A stretch of 64,000 nt of DNA from Syntrophaceae bacterium (GTDB lineage: Bacteria; Desulfobacterota; Syntrophia; Syntrophales; Smithellaceae). The notes beneath the pieces were generated by a model, which saw only the letters and a program-made list of their open reading frames with translations, was not told the DNA's origin and did not search any database. The translations under genes and the position numbers were made by a program. Shown in pieces: positions 54,977-64,000 of this stretch (the stretch's first letter is position 1; each line of letters opens with the position of its first letter). Where the stretch lies: positions 13,291 through 77,290 of the forward strand of contig JAFGLS010000119.1 of assembly GCA_016927935.1 (NCBI GenBank), written 5' to 3'.

Positions 54977-57415
54977 TTATTCGCCAAGTTTTTCTTCTGA
55001 AATTCGCATATTGTAAAATGAACGGTAAACAAAGATCAACGCGATTACAAAGCAAACAACTGATATACCTAACTTTAAGTTGACATCTTTCATGGTAACG
55101 GCAATTTCCGTTGCCAACAATCCGAACAGAGTCGTGAATTTGATGACAGGGTTCAAAGAAACAGAAGATGTATCTTTGAAGGGATCGCCGACGGTGTCAC
55201 CCACGACGGTGGCTTCATGAAGCGGTGTGTTTTTCATCTTTAAATCAACTTCCACAATTTTCTTAGCGTTGTCCCAGCATCCGCCGGCATTGGCCATGAA
55301 GATAGCCTGGAACAGACCGAAAAAGGCGATACCGATCAGATAACCGATAAAGAAGTAGGGGTTAAAGAAGGAAAACGCCAAACACATGAAGAAGATCACG
55401 ATGAAGATGTTAATCATTCCCTTCTGGGCGTACTGGGTGCAAATCTTGACGACTTCCTTGCTGTCTTCAATGGAAGCTTCCTGTTTGTCAAGGTTGATAT
55501 TCTGTTTGATGTACACAACTGCCTGATAAGAACCGGTTGTTACAGCCTGCGTGGCTGCGCCAGTGAACCAGTAAATGACACAACCGCCTGTAATCAGGCC
55601 GAGGATGATTTCCGGTTGAACCAGAGAAAGCTTTGCAATAACATTCCCGAAAAGCCCTTCTAGCAGGATGATGATGCCGAATACCATTGTGGTTGCTCCA
55701 ACCACTGCTGTTCCGATCAAAACGGGTTTGGCTGTCGCTTTAAAGGTATTGCCTGCGCCATCTGCGGACTCTAGATAGTGTTTGGCCAATTCAAAATCTG
55801 GCGCAATGCCGTATTCCTTTTTCACAACATCTTTGACGTCGGCGCGTGATTCAATCATGGAAAGTTCATAAATGGATTGTGCATTGTCCGAAACCGGTCC
55901 AAAACTGTCCACAGCGATGGTCACAGGGCCCATTCCCAGGAAACCGAAGGCGACCAGACCAAATGCAAACACAGGCGCGGCAAACGTAAAGGCCGGAGGC
56001 ATAATCGCTATAATAGACGGATTTTGGGATACCTGGTAAGCGATAAACATCAGGAACATGATGACCATGCCTTCCCAAAAAGCTGAAAAATTACCGGCAA
56101 CAAAACCGGAAAGGATGTTCAGAGAAGCACCGCCCTGCTTGGAAGCGTTGACAACTTCCTCGCAATGACGGGAAGAAGTGCTCGTGAAAATTTTGGTGAA
56201 TTCCGGAATCAACGCGCCGGCGATGGTTCCGCAACTGATGATAACAGCCAGAGCCCACCAGAGACTTTGATAGTCGCCAGAGAGATCGCCAAGCAGATAA
56301 TAACTGGCGACAAAAGTAATGGCGATGGATACTATAGATGTAATCCAAACCAGATTGGTTAGAGGATGTTCAAAGTTAAATTCTTTCTTGCCGGCAAAAG
56401 CCGCTTTACTGATAACGTCATTGACAAAGTATGATGCGAGAGATGTCAGGATCATGAGAATTCTCATGGCAAAAATCCAGACTATTAACTTGCCGCCCAT
56501 TTCGGGAGTGCTCGCCAAAGCCAGAGCCAAAAAGGCAATTAAGGCGACACCGGTAACACCATAGGTTTCAAAACCGTCAGCGGTGGGACCAACACTGTCA
56601 CCGGCATTATCACCGGTACAATCAGCGATAACACCGGGGTTTTTGGGATCATCTTCGGGAAGATGGAAGACGATTTTCATCAAGTCGGATCCGATATCGG
56701 CAATCTTGGTAAAAATACCACCGCAGATACGCAGAGCGGAAGCACCCAGAGATTCACCGATGGCAAAACCGATGAAACAGGGACCGGCTATTTCTTTCGG
56801 AATGTAAGCCAGAATAATAATCATGAAAAAAAGTTCGATGCTGACCAAAAGCAATCCAACGCTCATACCGGAACGCAGACAAATGTTGACGATGTTCAAG
56901 GGATTGCCGCTCATCGAGGCAAAAGCTGCTCGGGAATTGGCCACCGTATTGATACGGATACCAAACCAGGCGACAGAATAAGAGCCCAGAATACCTAAAA
57001 TCGAACATATAAGAATAATTATAATTTCCGATACCACTTTCTCCTGAAGCACGCCAAAATAATAAACGATGCAAATGGCGATAAGAATCCACAACGCGAT
57101 AAGGAATTTACCCTGCTGGAACAAATAGGTCTTGCAGGTTTCCCATATTGTCCCGGAGACATCCAGCATGGCTTTGTGTGCTGGCAGATTTTTCGTTTGC
57201 ACATACTGAATGATGCCGAAGATCATCCCTATGACACAGATAACGAGTCCTATGTTTAAAATCCACGCGCCTGTCAGTTGTCCTCCCAAAAATGCAACAG
57301 ATAAAACATCGGGAAGATTAATATCTGCTTCACCGGCGAACGCGGAGCCGACCATGAGCAGGAACATCAAAGCGCTCAGTAAAAATGTATAAATACTCCT
57401 TATTTTTTTTAACAT
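54977..57415 (-). CDS. hppA: Membrane-bound ion-translocating pyrophosphatase (H+-PPase family)
   Basis: 812 aa, about 16 or more TM helices, with GDNAGD, GDTVGDPFKDTS and DNAKK motifs. It has GNTFKA where K+-dependent enzymes have GNTTAA. Confidence 0.92.
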   Translation of the reverse strand: MLKKIRSIYTFLLSALMFLLMVGSAFAGEADINLPDVLSVAFLGGQLTGAWILNIGLVICVIGMIFGIIQYVQTKNLPAHKAMLDVSGTIWETCKTYLFQQGKFLIALWILIAICIVYYFGVLQEKVVSEIIIILICSILGILGSYSVAWFGIRINTVANSRAAFASMSGNPLNIVNICLRSGMSVGLLLVSIELFFMIIILAYIPKEIAGPCFIGFAIGESLGASALRICGGIFTKIADIGSDLMKIVFHLPEDDPKNPGVIADCTGDNAGDSVGPTADGFETYGVTGVALIAFLALALASTPEMGGKLIVWIFAMRILMILTSLASYFVNDVISKAAFAGKKEFNFEHPLTNLVWITSIVSIAITFVASYYLLGDLSGDYQSLWWALAVIISCGTIAGALIPEFTKIFTSTSSRHCEEVVNASKQGGASLNILSGFVAGNFSAFWEGMVIMFLMFIAYQVSQNPSIIAIMPPAFTFAAPVFAFGLVAFGFLGMGPVTIAVDSFGPVSDNAQSIYELSMIESRADVKDVVKKEYGIAPDFELAKHYLESADGAGNTFKATAKPVLIGTAVVGATTMVFGIIILLEGLFGNVIAKLSLVQPEIILGLITGGCVIYWFTGAATQAVTTGSYQAVVYIKQNINLDKQEASIEDSKEVVKICTQYAQKGMINIFIVIFFMCLAFSFFNPYFFIGYLIGIAFFGLFQAIFMANAGGCWDNAKKIVEVDLKMKNTPLHEATVVGDTVGDPFKDTSSVSLNPVIKFTTLFGLLATEIAVTMKDVNLKLGISVVCFVIALIFVYRSFYNMRISEEKLGE

Positions 57416-58008
57416 TAATTATTCCTCCTTTTTAAATTACTTATATTTTTTGTATGGTATTTAGCCATAGCTTTCTGCATACCTGATGCAACAATTTTGG
57501 TAACCGCTTCTGTTGCCAGTTGAATAATCGGCTGGAGCAAAGCTGATTCTTCAGAGTTAAATTGCCTCAAGACATAATCTTCAACGCTTGCCTTATCAGG
57601 AGGTTTTCCAATACCCATTCTTACTCTCATGAAATCCGCGGAACCGATGCTTTCAATAATGGATTTCAACCCTTTGTGACCGGCATCTCCTCCGCCGTCT
57701 TTAAGGCGAAACGTGCCGAAAGGCAAGTCCAGATCATCGTGAATTACTATTAAATTACTTATATCCGCTTTAAAATAGGCAAGTAATTTTTTCACTGACC
57801 TGCCGCTCAGATTCATATATGTTTGAGGCATCGCCAGCAGGACATTGATGCTGTCTATTTTACCTCTATTCCAAAGAGCATCGAAACTTTTATGTTTGAA
57901 ATCAATTTCCCATCGGGCGGCGATTTTTTCCAAAACCATAAATCCGATATTATGTCTTGTGAATCTATAGCGCTTACCCGGATTTCCCAGTCCAATAATC
58001 AGATACAT
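57415..58008 (-). CDS. pth: Peptidyl-tRNA hydrolase
   Basis: LIIGLGNPG..Y..TRHNIGF and DD.DLP.G. The ATG at 58008 is preceded by GGGAG. The stop overlaps the hppA start as TAATG. Confidence 0.93.
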   Translation of the reverse strand: MYLIIGLGNPGKRYRFTRHNIGFMVLEKIAARWEIDFKHKSFDALWNRGKIDSINVLLAMPQTYMNLSGRSVKKLLAYFKADISNLIVIHDDLDLPFGTFRLKDGGGDAGHKGLKSIIESIGSADFMRVRMGIGKPPDKASVEDYVLRQFNSEESALLQPIIQLATEAVTKIVASGMQKAMAKYHTKNISNLKRRNN

Positions 58009-58106
58009 TACCTGCTCCCTCTCGTCAATGCGCCTCAGAAACATCTTTTTAAAATTCGAGAGAAGCACTTGCTATCATCCAATTACAATAGTATTTTACA
58101 AAAGAA

Positions 58107-58823
58107 TTATTTTCCTTTTTCTTTACCCTTATCTTTATCTTTTTCCTTTTCTTTTTCAGCAGGTGCTGCCGTAGTTGCTGCCGGAGCTTCGCCTTCAGCC
58201 GCCTCAGCACCTTCTGCAGCAACAGCTTCCTCTTTCACAGGTTCCTCGACTTTGGCAATCTTAATCACCGCAACCGAGGCAACCGATGTATCAAGCCTGT
58301 CTAAAATTGTTACTCCTTCAGGAAATTTCAGATCCCTGATTTTTATAGAATCACCAATATCCAGATTGGCCACATCTACGTCAATGTGATCGGGAAGATT
58401 CAAAGGCAGACAGGAAATTTTCACTTCCCGTTTCAAATGCTGCAATTCACCGCCTTTTTCCACACCAACGGGCTTACCGACAAATCGCAGAGAAACATCA
58501 AATGTTATCTTGCGCTTTATATCCACTTCATAAAAGTCGGCATGGTAAAACTTTCCAGTCAGCGGCTGCACCTGTAACTCTTTAATTAGCGAGAGTTTCT
58601 CTATTTTTTTACTGCCACCATCATCAATAATCAGCTTAATAAAAGCGTGATCTTTTTTGTCTTTGTGTAATTTGATCAGTTCATCGTTCTTTACGGACAG
58701 CAGAATATTTTCGGCAGAACGGCCGTAAAAAACCGCCGGGACAAATCCCTTTTCTCTTAAACGGCGGGATGGTCCTTTCTTATGTTCTTTACGGATTTGA
58801 GCCGCTAAATCTGTTACCTCCAT
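58107..58823 (-). CDS. rplY: 50S ribosomal protein L25/Ctc general stress protein form
   Basis: 238 aa with the R.EGFVPAV.YG N-terminus, two-domain Ctc length, and an acidic/basic low-complexity tail. Confidence 0.9.
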   Translation of the reverse strand: MEVTDLAAQIRKEHKKGPSRRLREKGFVPAVFYGRSAENILLSVKNDELIKLHKDKKDHAFIKLIIDDGGSKKIEKLSLIKELQVQPLTGKFYHADFYEVDIKRKITFDVSLRFVGKPVGVEKGGELQHLKREVKISCLPLNLPDHIDVDVANLDIGDSIKIRDLKFPEGVTILDRLDTSVASVAVIKIAKVEEPVKEEAVAAEGAEAAEGEAPAATTAAPAEKEKEKDKDKGKEKGK

Positions 58824-58845
58824 TTGTTCCTCCTAATATAGATTC

Positions 58846-59787
58846 CTATACAAATAATGAACTTACGGAATCATTGTAATAAATACGGCGCACAGCCTCG
58901 CCCAAGATTCCGGACACTGATAATACTTTTATTTTCTTACATTTTTTGGCATGGTTACTTAAAGGTATAGTATCTGTTACGATAACTTCCTTAATCTCTG
59001 ATTTTTCAATATGATCAATTGCCGGCCCTGATAAAACAGGATGAGTACAACAAACGGAAACTTCTACGGCACCCTCCGCCTTCATGGCACCGGCAGCCTT
59101 CGCCACAGTCCCCGCTGTATCTATCATATCATCAAGTATAATTACTCTTTTCCCTTTCACATTACCGATAATATTCATCACCTCGGCTTCATTGGGTCCC
59201 TCTCTCCTCTTATCAATAATTGCCAGCGATGCTCCCAGCCTTTTACCAAAGGACCTTGCCCGCTCCACACCACCGGTATCCGGTGAAACAATAACAGTGT
59301 TGTCCTTGTAATTTTTTTTCGCGTAATCCAGCAATACCTGTCTGGCAAAAAGATTATCCACAGGGATATTGAAAAACCCCTGAATCTGACCGGCATGCAA
59401 ATCCATAGACAAAACCCGGTTGGCACCCGCTGTGGTGATTAAATCCGCTACCAATTTAGCAGAGATAGGTGCGCGGGAAGCTACTTTCCTGTCCTGTCTG
59501 GCATATCCGTAATAAGGGATAACCGCCGTAATCCTATCCACAGAAGCCCTCTTCATCGCATCAATCATAATAAGCAATTCCATCAATGTGACATTTACAG
59601 GGGGACAAGTCGATTGGATAATAAAAACATCCATGCCTCTGACATTTTCATCTATTTCTACGCGAGTTTCACCGTCACTAAAAGTTGTTACATTAGCTTT
59701 TCCAAGAGAAACGCCTAATACATTACAAATTTTTTCAGCCAGCTCTTTATTGGCATTACCGGAAAAGACCCTGATTCTTTCTAACAT
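58846..59787 (-). CDS. prs: Ribose-phosphate pyrophosphokinase
   Basis: [19 protein letters not shown] and [13 protein letters not shown]. The ATG at 59787 has AGGAG upstream. The first 34 codons of the track ORF overlie the tRNA gene. Confidence 0.95.
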   Translation of the reverse strand: MLERIRVFSGNANKELAEKICNVLGVSLGKANVTTFSDGETRVEIDENVRGMDVFIIQSTCPPVNVTLMELLIMIDAMKRASVDRITAVIPYYGYARQDRKVASRAPISAKLVADLITTAGANRVLSMDLHAGQIQGFFNIPVDNLFARQVLLDYAKKNYKDNTVIVSPDTGGVERARSFGKRLGASLAIIDKRREGPNEAEVMNIIGNVKGKRVIILDDMIDTAGTVAKAAGAMKAEGAVEVSVCCTHPVLSGPAIDHIEKSEIKEVIVTDTIPLSNHAKKCKKIKVLSVSGILGEAVRRIYYNDSVSSLFV

Positions 59788-59813
59788 GTAAATAATTCTC
59801 CTAAAGTCTTTAC

Positions 59814-59888
59814 TGGCTGGGGCGGGAGGATTCGAACCTCCGAATGCAGGAACCAAAATCCTGTGTCTTACCGCTTGACGACGCCCCA
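59814..59888 (-). tRNA. tRNA-Gln (anticodon UUG)
   Basis: The minus strand reads TGGGGCGTCGTCAAGCGGTAAGACACAGGATTTTGGTTCCTGCATTCGGAGGTTCGAATCCTCCCGCCCCAGCCA. It folds as a cloverleaf with anticodon stem CAGGA/TCCTG, loop TTTTGGT, a T-loop GGTTCGAATCC, and an encoded CCA. Confidence 0.93.
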
Positions 59889-59943
59889 CTAAAATTATTC
59901 AATGAAGGATATTGCTCTCAGTTTTTAAAGGAAAATGTAATAA

Positions 59944-60783
59944 TCACAAAGACTTGGCAAGAAAGACCAAAGTTTGACCGGAAACCTCTTTCTCTATAAC
60001 TTCCAGTGCTTTTTTTGCCTCTTTTCCGTTTTTAAATATGCCAAAAACCGTAGGGCCGCTACCCGACATCAATGCGCCAAGCGCACCGCTCCTGAGCAAC
60101 ATTTTTTTTAAATCAGTCAATTCAGGATAAATTTTCAGCGAAACAGATTCCAAATTGTTATGTAATCCCCGAACTATGTCGCCCAGTGTCAAAAATTGTG
60201 GAATGCTATAATTATTTTTCCCCATTGTCAATCTTAAATTGAGGTTTTCGTATACCCTTTTTGTCGAAAGCTCAATGTTAGGCTTAATCAAGAGGATGTC
60301 CAGTTGTGGCAAATTTCGTAAGTGCTTGAGTTTATCGCCTATTCCTGAAGCTAAGGCCGCATTTCCAAAAATAAAAAAGGGGACATCCGTCCCTATTTTT
60401 GCTCCAATTCTGATAAGTTCATTTTTTCTTAATTTAAAAGAGCAAATTTTATTTAAAGCCATCAATGTTGCCGCCGCATCGGAACTTCCTCCACCAAGAC
60501 CGGCAGCCACAGGTATTTTTTTGACAAGAGTAATTTCTATTCCATAGGGATATTTGCAATGAGCAAAAATGGCCTTGGCGGCGCGCACTACTAAATTACT
60601 ATCGTTTGCCGGTAAATCAGTTCCCGGACAATTAAGAACTACTCTCTCAGGACGAGGGGAAAAAATCAGTTCGTCATAAAGCGTGATTTTCTGTAACAAG
60701 GAAAAAATATCGTGGTACCCATCGGTGCGTTTTCGTAAAACCTTAAGAAAAAGATTGATTTTTGCCGGTGCAATCCAGTGCAT
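59944..60783 (-). CDS. ispE: 4-diphosphocytidyl-2-C-methyl-D-erythritol kinase
   Basis: 279 aa with APAKINLFL.V..KR.DGYH and the GHMP motif IPVAAGLGGGSSDAAA. Confidence 0.92.
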   Translation of the reverse strand: MHWIAPAKINLFLKVLRKRTDGYHDIFSLLQKITLYDELIFSPRPERVVLNCPGTDLPANDSNLVVRAAKAIFAHCKYPYGIEITLVKKIPVAAGLGGGSSDAAATLMALNKICSFKLRKNELIRIGAKIGTDVPFFIFGNAALASGIGDKLKHLRNLPQLDILLIKPNIELSTKRVYENLNLRLTMGKNNYSIPQFLTLGDIVRGLHNNLESVSLKIYPELTDLKKMLLRSGALGALMSGSGPTVFGIFKNGKEAKKALEVIEKEVSGQTLVFLAKSL

Positions 60784-60784
60784 T

Positions 60785-61183
60785 CTAACCCTTTTCTTTT
60801 ACGTAACGCATTTTCAGCTCGTAGAGAACTCCCTGGATTAATTTACTTTCATTTTCATTAAGGTTTCCCTTGGTTTTTTCATTGAGCATATCCAGAATAT
60901 CAATCGTCTGTTTTGCCGCCGGCAAATTTTTATGAGGTGTTTCGCCTTCTTCTTCTGCAAAATCCCCAAAGTGAAAAAGAGCGGAAGTGCTCAGCGATAA
61001 AACAAAATTCGTGAAGTTTACAGGAGGATAATTGCTTTCATCATCAGAAATTTGTCTGGATTTTTCCTGTTTTTCTTCACTTGCCGTTTCTTTAGTTTCC
61101 TCAGGTGGCTTGTCTTCAGCAGATTCTCCAGAATGACGTTTGTCTTTTATAACAAATCCCGAATCTTTTTTCTTTTCTTCCAT
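60785..61183 (-). CDS. DUF1844-domain protein
   Basis: 132 aa with an acidic N-terminus, then NFTNFVLSLSTSALFHFG...AKQTIDILDML..KT.GNL, the usual DUF1844 pattern. Confidence 0.7.
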   Translation of the reverse strand: MEEKKKDSGFVIKDKRHSGESAEDKPPEETKETASEEKQEKSRQISDDESNYPPVNFTNFVLSLSTSALFHFGDFAEEEGETPHKNLPAAKQTIDILDMLNEKTKGNLNENESKLIQGVLYELKMRYVKEKG

Positions 61184-61214
61184 TGATATCTCCCTCCCCT
61201 CATGTGAAGAATAT

Positions 61215-63806
61215 TTAAGATTTTTTAGTCAAAACTATTTCACCTTTTTGGGACAAGTCAATTAGAATTCTATCTCCTTCGGCAAATTTACCCGCCAGAA
61301 TTTCCATAGCGAGCGGATCAAGAATAAGTTTCTGCAGCGAACGCTTAAGCGGCCGTGCGCCGTAAACCGGGCTGTAACCTTGTTCAGCTATATAGCTTTT
61401 CGCTTTTTCTGTCAATTCGATGCTCATCTTGCGCTCTTTAAGCCGCTTGTCAATCAGTTCCAACTGAATGTCAACAATCTTGAGTATATCCTCCAGCTTC
61501 AGCGCAGAGAACATAATTGTATCATCTATTCTGTTCAAAAATTCAGGCTTGAACGTTGCCCGAAGTGCTTCCAGCGAACGGTTTTTCTTTTCCTCATCAG
61601 AAAGTGACGAGTCCTGAATCCACTGGTTGCCTACATTGGATGTCATAATTACAATAGTATTTTTAAAATCAACAGTTCTTCCGTGTCCATCTGTCAAACG
61701 GCCGTCATCCAGTATCTGCAGTAAAATATTGAATACGTCGGGATGAGCTTTTTCGATTTCATCGAAAAGCAAAACACTGTATGGCTTGCGCCGCACCGCT
61801 TCGGTAAGATGGCCGCCCTCGTCGTAGCCTACATAACCGGGAGGAGCACCAATCAGACGGGCCACCGCGTGTTTTTCCATGTATTCCGACATATCAATTC
61901 TGATCATGGCCTGTTCATTATCGAACATAAATTCCGCCAGCGCGCGCGCCAGTTCAGTTTTACCCACACCTGTCGGACCCAGAAAAATAAAAGACCCTAT
62001 GGGGCGATTCGGATCCTGCAGACCGGAGCGTGCACGGCGCAGAGCGGAAGAGACAACACCAATACCTTCCTCCTGACCGACAATCCGCCTCTTCAGGCGT
62101 TCTTCCATGTGTATCAGCTTCTGAACGTCGCTTTCCATCATTCTGGACAGCGGTATTCCCGTCCAGTTGGAAACCACTTCTGCTACGTCTTCCGCGTCCA
62201 CCTCTTCTTTGAGCATCTGATCTTTCTTCTGAATATCTTCAAGTTTGTTCTGTTCCTTCTGAAGCTCCTTATCCAAAGCAACCAGCTTACCGTAACGAAT
62301 TTCCGCCGCTTTTTCGAGATTGCCTTCACGTTGGGCATTGGCTTCTTCAATTTTCAGAATCTCTATCTGCTTTTTAGCATCTTGAATTCTATTGATTATA
62401 TCCTTTTCGTTTGACCAGCGCGTCTTCATCTGTGCGACTTGAGACTTAAGTTCCGCTAGCTCTTTTTCAATCTTGTCGCGGCGTTCCTTAGCAGTTTTGT
62501 CAGTTTCTTTCTTCAGCGACTGCTTTTCAATTTCCAGCTGAATTATTTTTCTGTCAATCGCATCTATTTCCGAAGGCTTACTGTCCAGTTCTATTTTCAA
62601 ACGCGAAGCCGCTTCATCAATCAGATCAACAGCCTTATCCGGCAGAAAGCGATCCGTTATATAACGATGGGAAAGTGTCGCGGCAGCGATTATTGCTGAA
62701 TCTTTGATTCCTACTCGATGATGAACCGAATAACGCTCCTTTAAACCGCGCAGGATAGCAATTGTGTCCTCCACCGTCGGTTCCTTGACTAAAACAGGCT
62801 GAAAACGGCGTTCCAGAGCGGCGTCTTTTTCAATATGCTTACGATACTCATTTAGAGTTGTTGCCCCCACACAACGCAACTCGCCGCGGGCCAGAGCAGG
62901 CTTAAGCATATTCGATGCATCCACAGATCCCTCCGCCGCGCCAGCACCAACCACAGTATGAATTTCATCAATAAAAAGAATTATTTCACCCTCGGCGCTG
63001 ATTACTTCCTTCAACACGGCTTTCAGGCGTTCCTCAAATTCACCGCGGTATTTTGAACCGGCGACAAGTGCGCCTATATCCAGCCCGATGACACGCTTGT
63101 TTTTTAGATTTTCCGGCACGTCACCGTTGACAATGCGCTGCGCCAGTCCCTCTACAATGGCTGTCTTACCCACACCCGGTTCACCGATAAGCACCGGATT
63201 ATTTTTTGTACGCCTGGAAAGCACCTGCATTATTCGGCGTATTTCTTCATCGCGGCCTATAACAGGATCAAATAAACCCTTTTTCGCCAGTTCGTTGAAG
63301 TCTCGGGCATAGCGTTCCAGAGCCTGATACTTGCCTTCCGGATTCGGGTCGGTCACACGCTGATTGCCTCGAATATCCACCAGAACCTTGAAAACATTAT
63401 CTTTGGTCACACCGGCTTGTCGCAGGATTTTCCCGGCCTGACCTTCTTTTTCTTCAGCAATGGCAACAAGCACGTGTTCGGCGCTGACATATTCATCCTT
63501 AAGTTGAGCCGCTTCCGTCAGTGCCTTGTCGAATATTTTATTAAGCCTTCCTCCAAGATAAACTTGTCCCGCACCGGCACCGCCGACACTCGGTTGTTTT
63601 TTTAGGTAATTATCCAGTTCCCTTTCAATCTTTTGAGGTGAAGCATTCAGTTTATTGAGAATGGCGCTCGCAATGCCCTCCTCCTGCCTTAAAAAACAAA
63701 CAAGCAGATGCTCCGGTTCAATGGATTGATGCCCCAGGGAACCGGCCAGCGATTGCGCTTCCTGAAGAGCTTCCTGAACTTTTAAGGTAAATTTATCAAA
63801 ACGCAT
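61215..63806 (-). CDS. clpB: ATP-dependent chaperone ClpB
   Basis: 863 aa with a Clp N domain, two AAA+ modules (GEPGVGKTA; GPTGVGKTE) and the long middle coiled-coil of ClpB. Confidence 0.97.
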   Translation of the reverse strand: MRFDKFTLKVQEALQEAQSLAGSLGHQSIEPEHLLVCFLRQEEGIASAILNKLNASPQKIERELDNYLKKQPSVGGAGAGQVYLGGRLNKIFDKALTEAAQLKDEYVSAEHVLVAIAEEKEGQAGKILRQAGVTKDNVFKVLVDIRGNQRVTDPNPEGKYQALERYARDFNELAKKGLFDPVIGRDEEIRRIMQVLSRRTKNNPVLIGEPGVGKTAIVEGLAQRIVNGDVPENLKNKRVIGLDIGALVAGSKYRGEFEERLKAVLKEVISAEGEIILFIDEIHTVVGAGAAEGSVDASNMLKPALARGELRCVGATTLNEYRKHIEKDAALERRFQPVLVKEPTVEDTIAILRGLKERYSVHHRVGIKDSAIIAAATLSHRYITDRFLPDKAVDLIDEAASRLKIELDSKPSEIDAIDRKIIQLEIEKQSLKKETDKTAKERRDKIEKELAELKSQVAQMKTRWSNEKDIINRIQDAKKQIEILKIEEANAQREGNLEKAAEIRYGKLVALDKELQKEQNKLEDIQKKDQMLKEEVDAEDVAEVVSNWTGIPLSRMMESDVQKLIHMEERLKRRIVGQEEGIGVVSSALRRARSGLQDPNRPIGSFIFLGPTGVGKTELARALAEFMFDNEQAMIRIDMSEYMEKHAVARLIGAPPGYVGYDEGGHLTEAVRRKPYSVLLFDEIEKAHPDVFNILLQILDDGRLTDGHGRTVDFKNTIVIMTSNVGNQWIQDSSLSDEEKKNRSLEALRATFKPEFLNRIDDTIMFSALKLEDILKIVDIQLELIDKRLKERKMSIELTEKAKSYIAEQGYSPVYGARPLKRSLQKLILDPLAMEILAGKFAEGDRILIDLSQKGEIVLTKKS

Positions 63807-63960
63807 ATTTTATTTCCTTTTATTCCTACTTTGCGGGATAATCTCTAATTCCGATTCATCGGTATTCGATAATTCAGCTAAAAAATTCAATGCGCTTTGC
63901 TTTTAAAGTTTAAGCCTCTTTACGACTTGCAGATTTCAGTGCATTTTATTTCTGAAACCT

Positions 63961-64000
63961 GAAGTTCATTGCTTCGCTTTGGAATTGGAGTCTCATTATC
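63961..64000. repeat. Fragment related (in inverted orientation) to motifs of the 24.4 kb hairpin array
   Basis: The reverse complement GATAATGAGACTCCAATTCCAAAGCGAAGCAATGAAC resembles GATTATGAGACTC...GGAAGCGAAGCGAATAAC at 24445..24497. It is cut by the window end. Confidence 0.4.

Noticed and set aside
58107-58250. The low-complexity tail of L25/Ctc (…EEAVAAEGAEAAEGEAPAATTAAPAEKEKEKDKDKGKEKGK), considered as a possible separate feature or repeat expansion
   Set aside because: Charged or alanine-rich C-terminal tails are common in Ctc-form L25 proteins, and the reading frame is continuous. I see nothing anomalous.
59788-59889. N-terminal 34 codons of track ORF 58846..59889 ([25 protein letters not shown]...)
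   Set aside because: This stretch is the translation of tRNA-Gln (59814..59888). The prs gene starts at the ATG at 59787, which has an AGGAG RBS.
1-64000. Prophage, integrative element, toxin-antitoxin or known defence-system content
   Set aside because: I recognised no integrase, recombinase, intact transposase, phage structural gene, restriction-modification gene, cas gene, or nuclease/helicase defence gene. The only mobile-element traces are the small repeats and the IS3-like relic reported above.

Overview
This 64 kb window looks like a chromosomal segment from an AT-rich anaerobe, roughly 40% GC by eye. The gene content (Hdr/Mvh-type redox genes, a sigma54/NtrC system, many PAS sensors, the ispE-tRNAGln-prs-rplY-pth order) suggests Desulfobacterota, but that is inference only. 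I saw no rRNA, CRISPR array, cas gene, integrase, intact transposase or prophage gene.

Content in order:
- 1-8.2 kb: a minus-strand redox cluster of NuoE-like, NuoF-like, a 2Fe2S/GltD fusion, a CCG-domain HdrD-like protein, HdrA and MvhD (truncated at the window edge).
- 8.2-10.7 kb: a decayed patch with a parA remnant, an orphan PilT-like ATPase, an IS3 OrfA-like remnant and a GH5 C-terminal fragment.
- 10.9-14.5 kb: a PilZ protein, a five-PAS LuxR-type regulator and a small STAS-like protein.
- 14.8-18.4 kb: an oxalate/formate-family MFS transporter, then an FNT (FocA-like) operon.
- 18.7-23.8 kb: engB, then a sigma54-dependent response regulator and a Cache/PAS histidine kinase.
- 24.0-27.8 kb: a roughly 1 kb hairpin-rich non-coding region, a sigma54-type promoter in front of an orphan F0 c-subunit gene and an output-less Cache membrane protein, an AtpZ-like gene, and RNase P RNA.
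- 28.0-34.9 kb: an HxxxD acyltransferase, a membrane GT2, a TauE/SafE permease, a SucD-like CoA-acylating aldehyde dehydrogenase and a ROK kinase.
- 35.3-37.8 kb: two SCP2 proteins and a START protein.
- 37.9-41.3 kb: a purine permease and a TreT-like GT4.
- 41.5-46.9 kb: a SAM/MTA recycling cluster (apt, mtnP, a hydrolase, metK, mtnA) preceded by a tandemly duplicated leader-plus-terminator element.
- 47.0-54.2 kb: a LOG-like protein, then a HEAT / HD-GYP / TPR / class III cyclase-like gene set.
- 54.4-63.8 kb: skp, the H+-PPase, pth, rplY, prs, tRNA-Gln, ispE, DUF1844 and clpB.

The leads most worth follow-up are the hairpin array with the sigma54-driven orphan atpE operon (24-26.7 kb), the tandem riboswitch-like leader upstream of mtnA-metK (46.69-46.92 kb), the non-canonical Hdr cluster, and the HEAT/HD-GYP/cyclase cluster. 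All functional calls come from motif recognition by eye. No database search was run.
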